Source of the DNA: Somniosus microcephalus
Taxonomy: Eukaryota
NCBI GenBank assembly: GCA_052327205.1
Contig: CM126213.1
Location: forward strand, 120,156,001 to 120,220,000
Reading direction: 5' to 3'
Length of the DNA stretch: 64,000 bases
The notes under the pieces are model-generated. The model had not been told where the DNA came from. It saw nothing but the letters and a program-made list of their open reading frames with translations, and made no database searches. This document shows, piece after piece, positions 23,131 to 36,867 of the stretch (position 1 is the stretch's first letter; every line of letters starts with the position of its first letter). The position numbers and the translations under genes are program-made.

Positions 23131-23702
23131 TGTCCTAGGTGCGATACCATCCTCATCCTAACCAATAAAATATTTAACTACATAGCCAAAGCAGTAGAAT
23201 ATAAGCCAGAGAAAGCCCACTCAAGTTCAACATAATAGTACACAACCTCAGGACCCAACTTGACCCTGCACTGAGCTTCGATCCCACATCTAATCCATCA
23301 CCAAGGCTGTCCTCTTCCACTTCTAAAACATCACCCTCATTGCCACTGAAAATTTCTTCCTTACCTTTGTCACTGCCAGATTCAATTGTTTTAATGACCT
23401 GTTCCCTGACCTTTTGTGTTACACCCTACATAAGGGAAAGAAGAAAGAACTTCCATTTATATAGCACCTTTCACGACCTCAGGATGTTTCTCAGTCAGTG
23501 GAGTACTTTTGAAGTGTGGGCACTGTTGTAATGCAAGTAAATGTGACTGCCAAATTGCACACAGCAAGGTCCCACAAACAGCAATGAGATAAATGACCAG
23601 ATAATCTGTAATAAACTCCAACTCTTCCAGAATTCCGCCGCCTGCATCCTATCTGGCACGAAGCACCACTCACCTAACGCCTCTGTTTTTGTGGATTTCT
23701 GT

Positions 23703-24440
23703 TGGCCCAGAAATTCGGGTCGGGGGCTTCCCGCGGGTGCAAGCCCCCGACCTACACTTACCTAGCACGCCGGCAGTTGACCTCTTGGCCTGCGTGGAAT
23801 TCCTCTCCGAGGCCTGTCCCAGAGGCTGGCGCGCTATGCTGGCGTGTCCCAGGGGCATAGTTAGTGCGATGCGTCCCCTGGGATCACGTGAGCAACAGGC
23901 AGCCAATCGGAGCAGGGAATGCTCCATTCATAAGTCTTGACAGATAGACCTGTCAAAATGTATAAATGCTGAGGCTGTAAAGCTGTACTTTACCTTCAAA
24001 TAAATTTTTAAAAAACATCACACTTTGTAAATAAACTATAAATGACATTAAATAACTTTTTTAAACAAAAATTTAAATTTTTGGAAAAAGTAATTTTATA
24101 AAAAAAGGGGCTAAAAATAAACTTAGCTTGCTTTAAAGTATTTAAAAGTAAAAAAACCTGTGGAAAAAATGTTTTAATTTTAAATAATTGACCGCTTACC
24201 TTTGAAAATGAAGTCCTTACGGCTGCTTTTTACATTTCTAAAATGTACAGACTTACCCGCACGTTAAAACCTGTAAAAAAAAAGGAAGTTCAACGCACAC
24301 GCGCAGACTCCCGCGCGCACACGTTCGACCTCTGAAGCCCTTGGTTCAGAGGATCGGAAGTGCCGGTTTCCCGCGCATGCAAGATTCCGGCACTTCCATC
24401 GGGTCCGTACTCACGCGTTGGGACCCGAATTTCTGGGCCA
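23703..24440. mobile_element. Harbinger-type MITE just upstream of the FAM98B start
   Basis: TIRs TGGCCCAGAAATTCGGGTC / GACCCGAATTTCTGGGCCA; flanks TGT/TAT (imperfect 3-bp TSD); TIR core GAAATTCGG shared with the autonomous element at 53502. Confidence 0.75.
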
Positions 24441-24542
24441 TATCCCTAGCCTTCGGTATTAAAAAAAATCCTATTGGACTTCTGAGGGAGCATTCCCCCA
24501 AATGTCTTTTTTACTCTCTGATCTGCTGTGTAGTTTTAAAAC

Positions 24543-24697
24543 TATATATATGTGTGTGTGTATGTATGTGTGGGTGCATATGCATGTATATGTATAAAGA
24601 ATGTGTATTTATTTGTATATCTATGAATGTGTATGTACAAGTATGTCTATGAATGTGTGTTTGTATATAAAGTAAATTATTATTATATGTATATATG
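24543..24697. repeat. Degenerate (TG/TA)n microsatellite
   Basis: Visible alternating tg/ta tract. Confidence 0.8.
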
Positions 24698-24699
24698 CA

Positions 24700-24948
24700 G
24701 TACCTCCTCCCCACCGCCAGGAAGGCGATGTTTTGGGAATGCAAAAGGTTTCCAGCAGGACGGGGCCTTCTTTTTCTATTTTTGTTAAACAAAGGAGCGG
24801 GAGGAGGTTTGAAAGGAGCGAGTGCCGTGAATTGAGCGGGAGCGGGCCAGTGTCTGCTTCAGGGCCGGTGCTTTAGTTGGATTGAGTCGGGTCCGAACAG
24901 GCCCGGCGGCCGCTCCGTTAACCCGCTGATTGCCGGCTACTGCTCGCT
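24700..24948 (+). promoter_or_regulatory. Probable CpG-rich promoter / 5' UTR of FAM98B
   Basis: GC/CpG-rich non-repeat stretch directly before the start codon; TSS cannot be determined from sequence. Confidence 0.55.
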
Positions 24949-24986
24949 ATGGAGGGCGACGTCCTGGACATGCTGGATGCTCTGGG
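24949..24986 (+). CDS. FAM98B: FAM98B coding exon 1 (MEGDVLDMLDALG)
   Basis: ATG at 24949, donor GTAAGT at 24987; matches recalled human FAM98B MEGDVLDTLEALG. Confidence 0.9.
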
Positions 24987-25999
24987 GTAAGTAAGCTTGA
25001 AGCGCTTCCATTTCACCCGAAAAAGAAGCAGGCCCGCTTGACTGTCACTCGCAACTTCTTGCAGGTCGCCGGTGTGTTGGGTTTTAATTTATTGGTAAAA
25101 AATGAAGATTAAAAGGAATCAAAGTGGTGATGACCACCCCCCAAGTGACGTTCATTTTTTTTTTAAGAGCAATGAGTTCATTGAAGTACATTGGATTTAC
25201 AGCACAGAAACAGGCCATTAGGTCCAACTGGCCTATGCTGGTGTTTATGCTCCACACCAGCCTCCTTCCACCCCTCTTCATTTCACCCTATTAACATATC
25301 CTTCTATTCCTTTCTCCCTCATTTATTTTATCTCGCTTCCCCTTAAATGCATCTATGTTATTCACCTCCGCTACACCTTGTAGTGAGTTCCATATTCTCA
25401 CCAGTCTCTTGAGCAAAGAAGTTCATTCAGTACCATAAAATATCTGGAATCTTGTGCAAAATCTAGGCTGAAACTTCAGTGCCATACTGAGGGAGTGCTG
25501 CACTGTCGGAGGTGCCATCTTTCGGATGAGAAGTGTCGGCTGTGATTTTTGTGCTCCAGTCACTGGAGTGGGGCTTGACTCCACAACCTGCTGACTTGGA
25601 GGTGAGTGCTACCACGGATCCAAGGCTGACACCTATCCACTTCCTCTATTTACTCGTGTTCTCCCTTTTCTCTTACTCTTGCTCTCTGCACTCGGTCGCT
25701 CTGGTTGCTCTCATGCACTCTCTATTCCCCTTGCACTCTATCTCCCTGCCCCCACTGCCAAAATTAAGCAGTTCATAAATGTGAAACTTTTAAGTGGGAA
25801 AAATAATTCTGCATCTTGTTTTCAAATTGTCTGTGACTGATCAATAACTTCACCCTGCCAGCATAACTCAAAATGGGCCAATGAGACACAAACCAAGCCA
25901 GGATGGGCACGCTCTGTAATTGCATTGCTTGTGCTCCAGAGTTAGCCGTGCCTCCAGCCTAGCTGTTCCAGTACAGCGACAACACTGGCATCTACCCAA

Positions 26000-27400
26000 T
26001 AATGTGGAAAACTTCCCAGCATGTCCTATCCACAAAAAGCAGGACAAATCCAATCCGGCCAATTACCGCCCCATCAGTCTACTCTCAAACATCGGCAAAG
26101 TGATGGAAGGTGTCGTCGACAGTACTATCAAGTGGCACTTACTCACCAATAACCTGCTCATCGATGCTCAGTTTGGGTTCTGCCAGGACCACTTGGCTCC
26201 AGACCTCATTACAGCCTTGGTCCAAACATGGACAAAGGAGCTGAATTCCAGAGGTGAGGTGAGAGTAACTGCCCTTGACATCAAGGCAGCGTTTGACCGA
26301 GTGTGGCATCAAGGAGCCCTAGTAAAACTGAAGTCAACGGGAATCGGAGAAAACTCTCCACTGCCTGGAGCCATACCTAGCACAAAAGAAGATGGTTGTA
26401 GTTGTTGGAGGACAATCATTTCAGCCCCAGGACATTGCTTCAGGAGTTCATCTTGGCAGTGTCCCAGGCCCAACCATCTTCAGCTGCTTCATCAATGACC
26501 TTCCCTCCATCACATTCATAAGTGCGGATGTTCACTGATGATTGCACAGTGTTCAATTCCATTAGTAACTCCTCAGATAATGAAGCATTCATGCACGAAT
26601 ACAGCAAGACCTGGACAACATTCAGGCTTGGGCTGATAAGTGGCAAGTAACATTCGCGCCACACAAGTGCCAGGCAATGGCAATCTCCAACAAGCGAGAG
26701 TCTAACCACCGCCCCTTGACATTCAACAGCATTACCACCGCTGAATCCCCCACCATCAACATCCTGGGGGTCACCATTGACCAGAAACTTAACTGGACCA
26801 GCCACATAAATACTGTGGCTACAAGAGCAGGTCACAGGCTAGGTATTCTGTGGCGAGCGTCTCACCTCCTGACTCCCCAAAGCCTTTCCACCATCTACAA
26901 GGCAGAAGTCAGGAGTGTGATGAAATACTCTCCACTGGCCTGGATGAGTATAGTTCCAACAACACTCAAGAAGCTTGACAGATCAAAGCCGCCCGCTTGA
27001 TTGGCACCCCATCCACCAACTTAAAGATTCACTCCCTCCACCACCGGCGCACTGTGGCTGCATTGTGTACCATCTACAAGATGCACTGCTGCACCTCCCA
27101 AACCCGCAACCTCTACCACCTAGGACAAGGGCAGCGGGCGCATGGGAGCACCATCACCTGCAAATTCACCTGCAAGTTCCCCTCCAAGTCACACACCATC
27201 CTGACTTGGAAATATATCACCGTTCCTTCATCGTCGCTGGGTCAAAATCCTGGAACTCCCTCCCTAACAACTCTGTGGGAGTACCTTCACCACACGGACT
27301 TCAGCGGTTCAAGAAGGCAGCTCACCACCACCTTCTCGAGAGCAACTAGGGATGGGCAATAAATGCTGGCCTTGCCAGCGACGCCCACATCCCAGGAACA
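26000..27400 (+). mobile_element. 5'-truncated CR1-group LINE (RT to 3' end), frameshifted
   Basis: NYRPISLLS, QFGF, ALDIKAAFDRVWH, ILGVTIDQKLNW; tail GATGGGCAATAAATGCTGGCC..CCCACATCCC. Confidence 0.88.
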
Positions 27401-28370
27401 ATTTTTTTTTTTAATTATGTTCTTCTGGAATCAAATGGCCATAATGTAAGAATTTTATTCACCCACCATGAGGTTTTACTGAAATCCTTAAAAAAGGGAT
27501 TAAAAAAATCTGTAGAACATGCATGAAAATTTCACATCCACCATTATTCTTTACTGAAGTTGTAATGATAATACTGGGGGCTTGTAATTGCCACCTTTAA
27601 TCTCAAGTAGATTTCAGTTATTTACAGTATCGACTGCAGTATTCTATCCACTATAAGGTGGAATGCAATAAAGCTGTAATTCCCAGTGTTGTGCTCTGAA
27701 CCTTTTATAAAAAGTTCAGAATAACTACATAATGTTTCTGGTATCCTATAATTATTAACTTGTTAAAATTTCTGCTACAGCTCTGCTTACTACTACCTTA
27801 ATTTCCTTACAGAAGAAGGTAAGTTTAGTGGAAGTTCCTTCGCTGTAGTATATAATCCCATCTAGTTATGAAATTTTTAAGTCCCCGGCCTTAAAGGGGG
27901 AATTTAAAAACAATGATTCCCGTAGTATTCTAGAGACCTTAGATTTCAGCTTCATAAACCCCTTCAATTGATTTCAGCTATGCGCATCATACAATCGAAC
28001 AGTGTTTGGCATTCAGAACACAAAAGGATATTGAACGCTTGGTTATGGAGCCCATAAAAATTGTGACATTTTCCTCCTTTGCTATCTTCTGTTACTTTCA
28101 TTGGACCTCGGTAGGTTTTGCAAATATTGTGAACATTACCAGAGAATGCCTGTGTTTCCTTTGCCCAATTTTCTTGTCTATTCTGGATTTTGAAGATCAG
28201 ATTTTACTTTACTTTTGCAAGTCTCCTAATCGTCTGTCTATGTTTCCATAAAGCTGAGATTATTCCTGCTTTATTAACTTTTCTATTTGACCAATTAGAC
28301 CCATGTTTTGATATTTACTTTCTACTTCTATTGATCATTAAATGGTATATCCATTTACTTTTTGATGCAG

Positions 28371-28519
28371 GTACAGTGGACCCTTGTTAGAAGAAGAAGC
28401 TCTTTTGAAAGCAGTTGAGACTGGGCCAACCTCTTCAGAATTTACTGAACTCTGCGTGTGGCTAACGTCACAGATTAAAGTGTTATGTAATTTGGAAGAA
28501 AGTATAAATGCTACTACCA
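28371..28519 (+). CDS. FAM98B: FAM98B coding exon 2 (YSGPLLEEEALLKAVETGPTSSEFTELCVWLTSQIKVLCNLEESINATT)
   Basis: tgcag acceptor, gtaag donor, phase consistent with exons 1 and 3. Confidence 0.93.
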
Positions 28520-29668
28520 GTAAGTACCGTCTAGTATCAGAACCTCTATCGTTCAAACACTGTGCTCCCCCACCCCATCTTCCCCTCTCCTAAGAAAAAA
28601 ATGACTGAGACCAGACAGACTTGTTCCATGGCCCTGTAAATTCCTCTTTTTAAAATAAAATGTTTCCAAGAAGTGTTTAACTTGAAGTTTTGCTCCATTG
28701 GTCCCTCTGAGGAGAAAGTAATTACTTCTCATTATATACAAAATGATGATCGGTAAGAACCCGTGTCATAGTGGTTTATGTGTCCTAATAATGGCTGTAA
28801 CTTAAGCTTTTAATTGGGAAGTTCAATTAATATTTTGGCAATAGTATATCAAAGTCTGAGTAGAAAATTATCCTCGAAATGATACTCGGTTAGTCCATGT
28901 TTAAATTCAGGCAGATGATGACATCAATTTACCCCTACAGTTTTTACACCCAGTAACATTGGCTAGATGAAAGCAACGTAAATGTGATTTTAAATTAATT
29001 GCTACAGGAAGCAAGACATCTTGTCAATTTACTACCTTCAGTAGAATCCCCTTTCTGGGTGAGTGGGTGCGGAAGCTGAGTACTTAATAGATGTAATACA
29101 AGTTTTAAAAAATGCTAATGGAGATAATAAGGAGTCTAAAGATTGACAAATCTCCATAACCTGATGGTTTCCACCCGAGGGTAAGTGAGGAAATTGTAGA
29201 TGCTCCAGTCATGATCTTCCAAAGCTTTCTGGATTCAGGAATTGTCCTCTTGGATTGGAAAATTATCAATGTTACTCCATTATTTAAGAAGGCTATGAGA
29301 GATAAACTAGGAAATTCTAGGCCTAATGTCTGTTGTGGGGAAGTTACCAGAATCTGTTAACAACAATAACTTGCATTTATATAGCACCTTTAAACGTAGT
29401 AAAATGTCCCAAGGCGCTTCATAGGAGCATTATCAAACAAAATTTGACACCAAGCCACATAGAGATATTAGGACAGATGACCAATAGCTTAGTCAAAGAT
29501 TCCCTCCTTAAACCTCTCCGTCTCTCCACACCCCTCTCCTCCTTAGACGGTTCTTAAAACCTACCTCTTTGTGCAAGCTTTTGTTGTTAGGTTTAGGGAA
29601 AGATTTCCAGAGCTTAGGGCCATGGCAGCTGAAGGCATGGCTGCCAGTGGTGGAGCGGTTAAAATCGG

Positions 29669-32600
29669 AACCGGTTCTGGGGGAGGTGGGACCAGTTCAA
29701 ACCGGACGGTTTGCACCTGGGCAGGGCTGAGACCGATGTCCTAGGGGGAGTGTTTGCTAGTGCTCTGGGGGAGGGTTTAAACTAAAATGGCAGGGGGTTG
29801 GGAACCTGAGCAGGGGGAAAGAGGAAAGGGAAACGAGGATAAAAGCAAAAGATAGGAAGGAGAAAAACAAAAGTGGCAGTCAGAGAAATCAACGGTTTAA
29901 ATCAAACATGGCCACAGTAAATAATAATTCTAATAGGTCTAAGAGCGTTAAAAAAACAAGCCTGAAGGCTTTGCGTCTTAATGCGAGGAGCATTCGTAAT
30001 AAGGTGGATGAATTAGCTGCGCAAATAGAGGTAAACGAATATGATTTGATTGGGATTACGGAAACATGGCTCCAGGGTGGTGAAGGCTGGGAACTCAACA
30101 TCCAGGGGTATTCAATATTCAGGAAAGATAGGCAAAAAGGAAAGGGAGGTGGGGTAGCATTACTGGTTAAAGAAAGGATTAACACAATTGTAAGGAAGGA
30201 TATTACCTCTGATGATGTGGAATCTGTATGGGTAGAACTGAGAAATACCAAGGGGCAGAAAACAGTGGGAGTGGTATATAGACCTCCAAACAGTAATGCG
30301 GAGGTTGGGGATGGCATTAAAAGGGAAATTAGAGAAGCGTGCAAAAAGGGCACAGCAGTCATCATGGGTGACTTAAATCTACATATAGATTGGGCTAACC
30401 AAATTAGTAACAATACTGTAGAGGAGGAATTCCTGGAGTGTTTACGGGATGGTTTCCTGGACCAATATGTCGAAGAACCAACCAGAGATCAGGCCATCTT
30501 AGACCGGGTATTATGTAACGAGAAAGGATTAATTAGTAATCTTGTTGTATGAGACCCCTTGGGTCGGAGCGATCATAATATGATCGAATTCTTCATTAAG
30601 ATGGAGAATGAAGTAGTTGACTCAGAGACTAGGGTCCTGAATGTAAATAAAGGAAACTACGATGGTCTGAGGCGCGAATTAGGTAGGATTGATTGGGGAA
30701 TGTCACTCAAAGGGTTAACGGTGGATAGGCAATGGCAAACATTCAAAGACCGCATGGATGAACTACAGAATTTGTTCATCCCAGTTTGGCATAAAAATAA
30801 AACAAATAAGGTGACTCAACCGTGGCTAACGAGGGAAATTAGGGATAGCATAAGATCCAAGGAGAGGACATATAAATTGGCCAGAAAAAGCAGCAATCCA
30901 GAGGATTGGGAGCAGTTTAGGATTCAACAAAGGAAGACAAAGGGATTAATTAAGAAAGGGAAAATGGAATATGAAAGTAAGCTTGCAGGGAACATAAAAA
31001 CTGACTGTAAAAGCTTTTATAGATATGTGAAGAGAAAAAGATTGGTGAAGTCAAGCATAGGTCCCTTGCAGTCAGAATCAGGGGAATTTATAATGGGGAA
31101 CAAAGAAATGGCAGACCAATTAAATACATATTTTGGTTCTGCCTTCACAAAGGAGGACATAAATAACCTCCCAGAAATGTCGGGGAACATAGGGTCTGAT
31201 GAAAGGGAGGAACTGAAAGAAATCAGTATTTGTAGGGAAATGGTGTTAGGGAAATTGATGGGATTGAAGGACGATAAATCCCCAGGGCCTGATAATCTAC
31301 ATCCTAGGGTACTTAAGGAAGTGGCCCTAGAAATAGTAGATGCATTGCTGATCATCTTCCAACATTTGATGGAATTTGGAACAGTACCCATGGATTGGAG
31401 GGTAGCTAATGTTACCCCACTATTCAATAAAGGTGGTAGAGAGAAAACGGCCTGACATCGGTAGTGGGGAAAATGCTAGAGTCCATTCTAAAAGATGTAA
31501 TAGCAGATCACTTGGAAAACAGTGACAGGATCGGACAAAGTCAACATGGATTTACAAAAGGCAAATCGTGCTTGACTAATCTACTGGAATTTTTTGAGGA
31601 TGTAACTAGTAAAATAGATAAGGGAGAACCAGTGGATGTGGTGTATTTGGACTTTCAGAAGGCTTTCGATAAGGTCCCACATAAGAGATTAGCATGTAAA
31701 GTTAAGGCACATGAGATTGAGGGCAAGGTATTGACTTGGATAGAGAACTGGTTGGCAGACAGGAAGCAAAGAGTTGGAATAAACGGGTCTTTTTCCGAGT
31801 GGCAGGCAGTGACTAGTGGGGTACCTCAGGGATCGGTCCTTGGACCCCAGCTATTCACAATATATATTAATGATCTAGACAAGGGAACTAGGTGTAATAT
31901 CTCCAGATTTGCAGATGACACAAAGCTGGGTGGATGTGTGTGCTGTGAGGAGGATGCCAAAAAACTCCAGGATGATTTGGACAGGTTGGGTGATTGGGCA
32001 GAAGCATGGCAGATGCAATATAACGTGGATAAATGTGAGGTTATCCACTTTGGTGTCAAAAACAGGAAGGCAGATTATTATCTGAATGGCAATAGATTGG
32101 GAGAAGGGGAAGTGCAACGAGACCTGGGTGTCCTTGTGCACAAGTCGCTGAAGGTAAGCATGCAGGTGCAGCAGGCGGTTAGGAAGGCAAATGGTATGTT
32201 GGCCTTCATAGCGAGAGGGTTTGAGTACAGGAACAAGGATGTCTTGCTACAGTTGTACAGGGCCTTGGTGAGGCCGCATCTTGAGTATTGTGTGCAGTTT
32301 TGGTCGCCTTATCTGAGGAAGGATGTTCTTGCCATGGAAGGAGTGCAGCGAAGATTCACCAGACTGATACCTGGGATGGCAGGAATGACGTATGAGGAGA
32401 GATTGGGTCGATTGGGCTTGTACTCGCTGGAGTTTAGAAGAATGAGAGGGGATCTCATTGAAACTCATAAAATTCTGGCAGGACTGGACAGACTAGATGC
32501 AGGGAGGATGTTCCCGATGGTTGGGGAATCCAGAACCAGGGGTCACAGTCTAAGGATAAGGGGTAGGCCTTTTAGGACAGAAATGAGGAGGAATTTCTTC

Positions 32601-32818
32601 ACCCAGAGAGTGGTGAACCTGTGGAATTCTCTACCACGGAAGGCAGTAAAGGCCAATTCATTAAATATATTCAAGAAGGAGTTGGATATATTTCTTAAGG
32701 CTAAAGGGATCAAGGGGTATGGGGAGAAAGCAGGTACCGGGTACTGAACTTGGATGACCAGCCATGATCGCATTGAATGGCCTACTCCTGCTCCTGTCTT
32801 CTATGATTCTATGTTTCT
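29669..32818 (+). mobile_element. Near-complete CR1 LINE (ORF1 esterase C-terminus plus ORF2 APE endonuclease-RT), inactivated by one stop and a short deletion
   Basis: DGLHL ORF1 motif; LNARSI, GITETW, SDHN, DFQKAFDKVPH, GVPQGSVLGP, FADD; tail ctatgattctatgtttct; candidate TSD AATCGG (29663-29668, 32819-32824). Confidence 0.93.
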
Positions 32819-33365
32819 AATCGGGGATGCGCTAGAGGCCAGAATTAGAGGAGTGCAGATATCTCTGACATTTGTAGGGCTGGAGGAGGTTACAGAGATG
32901 GGATGGGGAGAGGCCACGGAGAGATGTGAAACAAGGATGAGAATTTTAAAAAGGACAGTGTGACAGAGCACTTGGACGAATATGAACTAAACAGAGAGCC
33001 AGAGTGGATTTGTAAAGGGTAAGTCCTGTCCAACGAACCTAATTGCATTTATTGAGGAGATAGCAAATGTGGTAGATAAAGGAGTGTCTATGGATGTTAT
33101 TTATATGGACTTCCAGAAGGCATTCGGTAAGGTTCCACATAAGAGGCTGTTAACAAAAATGAAACCGCATGGAATGGGAGGCAACCTATTGACATGGGGA
33201 GGGAATTGGTTAGAAAGTAAGAGATAGAGTAGGGATAATGAGTATGTGCTCAAATTGGCAGGATGTGACTCGTGGTGTCCCCCAGGGATTTGTACTTCAA
33301 TTTTTAATTGAAGAACTGTTACAAACTTTCAGTACATGGCAGTCGCATTAGATCAGTTAGTACTA

Positions 33366-33673
33366 CAGGTAGACTACCTTTTTATCCGAACTTCCGAAAA
33401 CCGAAACCCTCTAAAAACCGAAGGTTTTTTCGTTCAGCGTAAGTCGTGCGCACGACATGACCAGAGTGGCACACGACCCCAACCCCCGCCGCCGACCCCC
33501 CCCCCCCCCGCGGACCCTCGCCGACCCCCGCGGACTCCCGCCGACCCTGACCCCCCGCCGACCCACCCCCGACAAATTTCCCAGTCTTATAAAATACCTT
33601 CCGAAATCCGAAATTTTCCGAAAACCGAAACACGGCTGGTCCCGAGGTTTTCGGATAAAGGATAGTCTACCTG
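33366..33673. mobile_element. pogo/Tigger-type MITE
   Basis: TIRs CAGGTAGACTACCTTT / AAAGGATAGTCTACCTG, TA on both flanks. Confidence 0.85.
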
Positions 33674-33729
33674 TACTACTTTCGTATGATGGGAAAAGCT
33701 TATAATGGTTTGATTATCCATTCAATGGC

Positions 33730-34770
33730 CTCCTGAGGTGCCGAGTGGAGAAATGAGGTGCCTCCTGCACAGATCTTAGTGGGCAGGTTGATGTGTTCCA
33801 TGGTCTGGGACTCATGGCCACGGTCGCATTTCGGGTCATCCCTCATCTTCCACTTGTGGCATCGTCCATGTCCTGTGCGGATTGGGTTGAGCGCCTTCGA
33901 GGGAGGTTGAAGCCAGGGACCTCTGCTGTTGGGTCATTGATGAGGTGTTGGTTCTTTATGTTACATGCGTCCCACGATTCTGTCCATCTGGATAGTGGGT
34001 TGATACCAGCTGCATGAACATTGACGGCCGGTGCAATTTTAAGTGCTTTCGTGGTTGTTTTTTTTCAAGTCTTTGTGAATGAGAAGGTTGAAGTGGCTCG
34101 TGATTTTTTTCTATCTCACGGAGCACGGTGGTGTCGTGGAAAATGACACGCGGGGCAATATGGCACAGCGCCAGGAGCCACTCAGTTGGAGTGGACTTGA
34201 GCGTCCCTGACACCGTCCTCATGGCAATACTTAGCTATACGTCCATGATCTTTGTGTGGCGGCTGCAGGAGCATGAGGCAGAGCGGTATTCTGAAGCAGA
34301 GTAGACTAGGGCCACTGTTGCAGTGCCAAGTGTTCTGGCTGTGCTTCCCTATGATGTTCCATCGAGTTTCCGGATCAAGTTCATCCTGGTTTTTACGGTT
34401 TGGCTGGTGAGATGAGGCCGATAGGCGAGAGCCCGGTCCAGGGTGCCGCCCAGGTATTTTGTGTGCGGTTCATGGGTAAGTCGCCTTCTGCAGAATGAAA
34501 CGTTGAGTTCCTTCCCGGCGGCGATGTTGTTCAGCTGGAACGCCAACACAACTGTCTTCTCTGGATTGGGGCGAAGGCGCCAGGCCCAGAAGTAGCATTC
34601 CGGTAGGTCTACGTCGCTTGTCATCATCCTACCTACTTCCTCTAGCGTTGATGCCTGCGTCAGCAGTGCTATGTCATCGGCATAGGCAAACATCTGGGAT
34701 TTGGTGCAGGGCATGTCCGCTGCCGGTGCAAGCACCGACCCCTGTGGCAGATCATTGTTGCGCATCCTTG
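33730..34770 (-). mobile_element. Degraded RTE/RTE-X-like LINE RT 3' fragment
   Basis: LPQGSVLAP, FAYADDIAL, WRLRPNPEKT, KYLGGTLDR, TLKSTPTEWL. Confidence 0.75.
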
Positions 34771-35059
34771 TTAGTTAGTGAAATGAGAACTATGTGATCT
34801 GATAGATAGCAGCCAGATTTACTGGCATATATTGGAATCAGCTGCTTGTGCTTTATACAGCTGCCATTTCTGAGTGAGTTTTGTCTGCTCACGTGATATA
34901 TTGCTTTAGCATTGGTGGGAGAGATTTGTGACCTAGAGTTTCCTGTTTTCTTGGGTAGATTCAGCTTCTTGACAACAAATATTAAAGGAAACATGCATTA
35001 TGTTTTTCTCTACTTATTTTGTAATAAATGTTTAATTCTACTGGCTCTTGCTATTTAAG

Positions 35060-35194
35060 GTGCAGATGATGTTGAAAGCTTTCTGCTGGAGATTAATGGC
35101 TTCCTAAAAGAGATGTCTTGCCCTTACTCAGCGTTCCTCACAGGAGATTTTAAAGAGAGACTAAAAAAGAAGGAAGACTGCTTAAAACTTTTGT
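35060..35194 (+). CDS. FAM98B: FAM98B coding exon 3 (ADDVESFLLEINGFLKEMSCPYSAFLTGDFKERLKKKEDCLKLL)
   Basis: ttaag acceptor, gtaag donor; strong match to recalled FAM98B sequence; not in the ORF track. Confidence 0.93.
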
Positions 35195-35650
35195 GTAAGT
35201 TAAATTATTATACTCTAGCATGGTACAATTCTTATAGCTGATATTTTCCATGAATTTGTTGCAGGAATTGCTACTGGAATCTTTTGTTACATTTAAAATG
35301 TAAAATTGTTTGTACATTAATTTCTTTGCAATATGTTATAAAGTAAGTTTTAGAAGTAGTAATACTGTTTGGCAGCACTATGTGGTACTTTCATCTGAAA
35401 GGTTTTAAGACCGTGTCTCACTCACCACCATTCGCCACAAGGTGTCCCCAAAATACCTTGTTACTGCAATTCAGTGGCGTCTTTGACTGGAGCTTTGAAG
35501 GATCTTTAGCATAGGCAGCCCCTTGGTACCTTTTCAAAGTGGCTATTCTTCACTGGTTTACCTAAATACGAGCATACGAAATTGGCGGGTAGGAAAGCAT
35601 CAGCTGGTCCATTAAGTCTTCCCCACAGTGAATAGTGAATGTCAACATAA

Positions 35651-36385
35651 TGGCTTGGAATTTGCAGTCAGCAACAAAGCGACGGTGATCGCCACTGCCC
35701 ACAAAGATCTCATGATCTCTGTGGCAAAAACTTTAGCTTTCTCAGTGTTAATTTGATTGTAGCGCTGTCAGAAGGGGATCCCTAGCGTAGGGCAGCAATG
35801 ATGTATGTCATCAAGCTGTCTAAACAGCCAATCACATTGAAGAATTCTCAGTTAGCAAACCAGGAAATAAAAAGCACCGATTATCAATTCACTTTTTAAA
35901 AATTTTAGAGAGCGAAATAACGATTGGGACATAAACATGGGGTTATGATAGAAGCTGAAATATAAACAAACTTTAAAAAAATAATTTTTTTAATGTTAAA
36001 ATTCTGGTAATTTTTATCATCATGGTGAAATTTGGCATTCCATAAATATAAAATTCGTTTTTCAGGGCCAGAACGATTGTTCAGCAGTCAATATGTTGTT
36101 AAAACCCCAGTTATACCTATTCCAACAAGGCTTAACTTTTTATGGGGTGTTTAACAGCGATAGTAGATCGGAAAAGCTTGAGTTTTCGTCAGTTCAACTG
36201 ATTTCACTGATTGCTGGTTCTGGGGAGTTCCACAGCGCAGCGGAGCAGGGAATGACTGATCGCAACTTCAGGATTTCTGCATTTAGCTGTGCTTGCACTA
36301 AATCCTGAAGTTACGGTAAGTTTCAGCGGGGTAATGGCGGCAAACACTGACAGTTCGCTGTCATTACCACCGGAAATCCAGGCCA
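35651..36385. mobile_element. Old Harbinger-like MITE; relatives at ~51950-52716 and ~58600-58861
   Basis: Degenerate TIRs TGGCTTGGAATTT / GGAAATCCAGGCCA; shared internal motif GCAACTTC(C/A)..ATTTC among copies. Confidence 0.6.
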
Positions 36386-36807
36386 TTGTTTGATTGTGGA
36401 GGCATCACGCCCAAGATTGATGATGTTCTCTCTCACCATCCAAACGCAAGCTCTCCAATAGGAGTCACTTGATAGGAATCAGGATGGGAAACCTTGTTGA
36501 TTTTTCCTTTTACCCCATCCATGCCTTTCACAATCGAGGAGCACAAGGATGATCAGTGGTCAGCTAACTCAACAAAAACTAAATCAAACTTGAGACATCC
36601 TAGTCTATATGGCTAGTGTATATACCTACTACTCCAGGATCATCCTGGAGAGCAAAGATAGCCCTGGCTTTGTTGCACCATGACCAATCTTCTGTTTAAA
36701 CCCCTCTACCCTCATCTCCAACAACAGTGCAAGGAGCTCATGGACATCTTTTTCACTAATATTCAGACCATCCATTTGGCTGCCTCTGCTGCTACTTCCC
36801 CCCTCTC

Positions 36808-36809
<2 letters not shown>

Positions 36810-36866
<57 letters not shown>
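36810..36866. repeat. (CA)n microsatellite inside an L2-like fragment
   Basis: Uninterrupted CA run. Confidence 0.98.
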
Positions 36867-36867
<1 letters not shown>

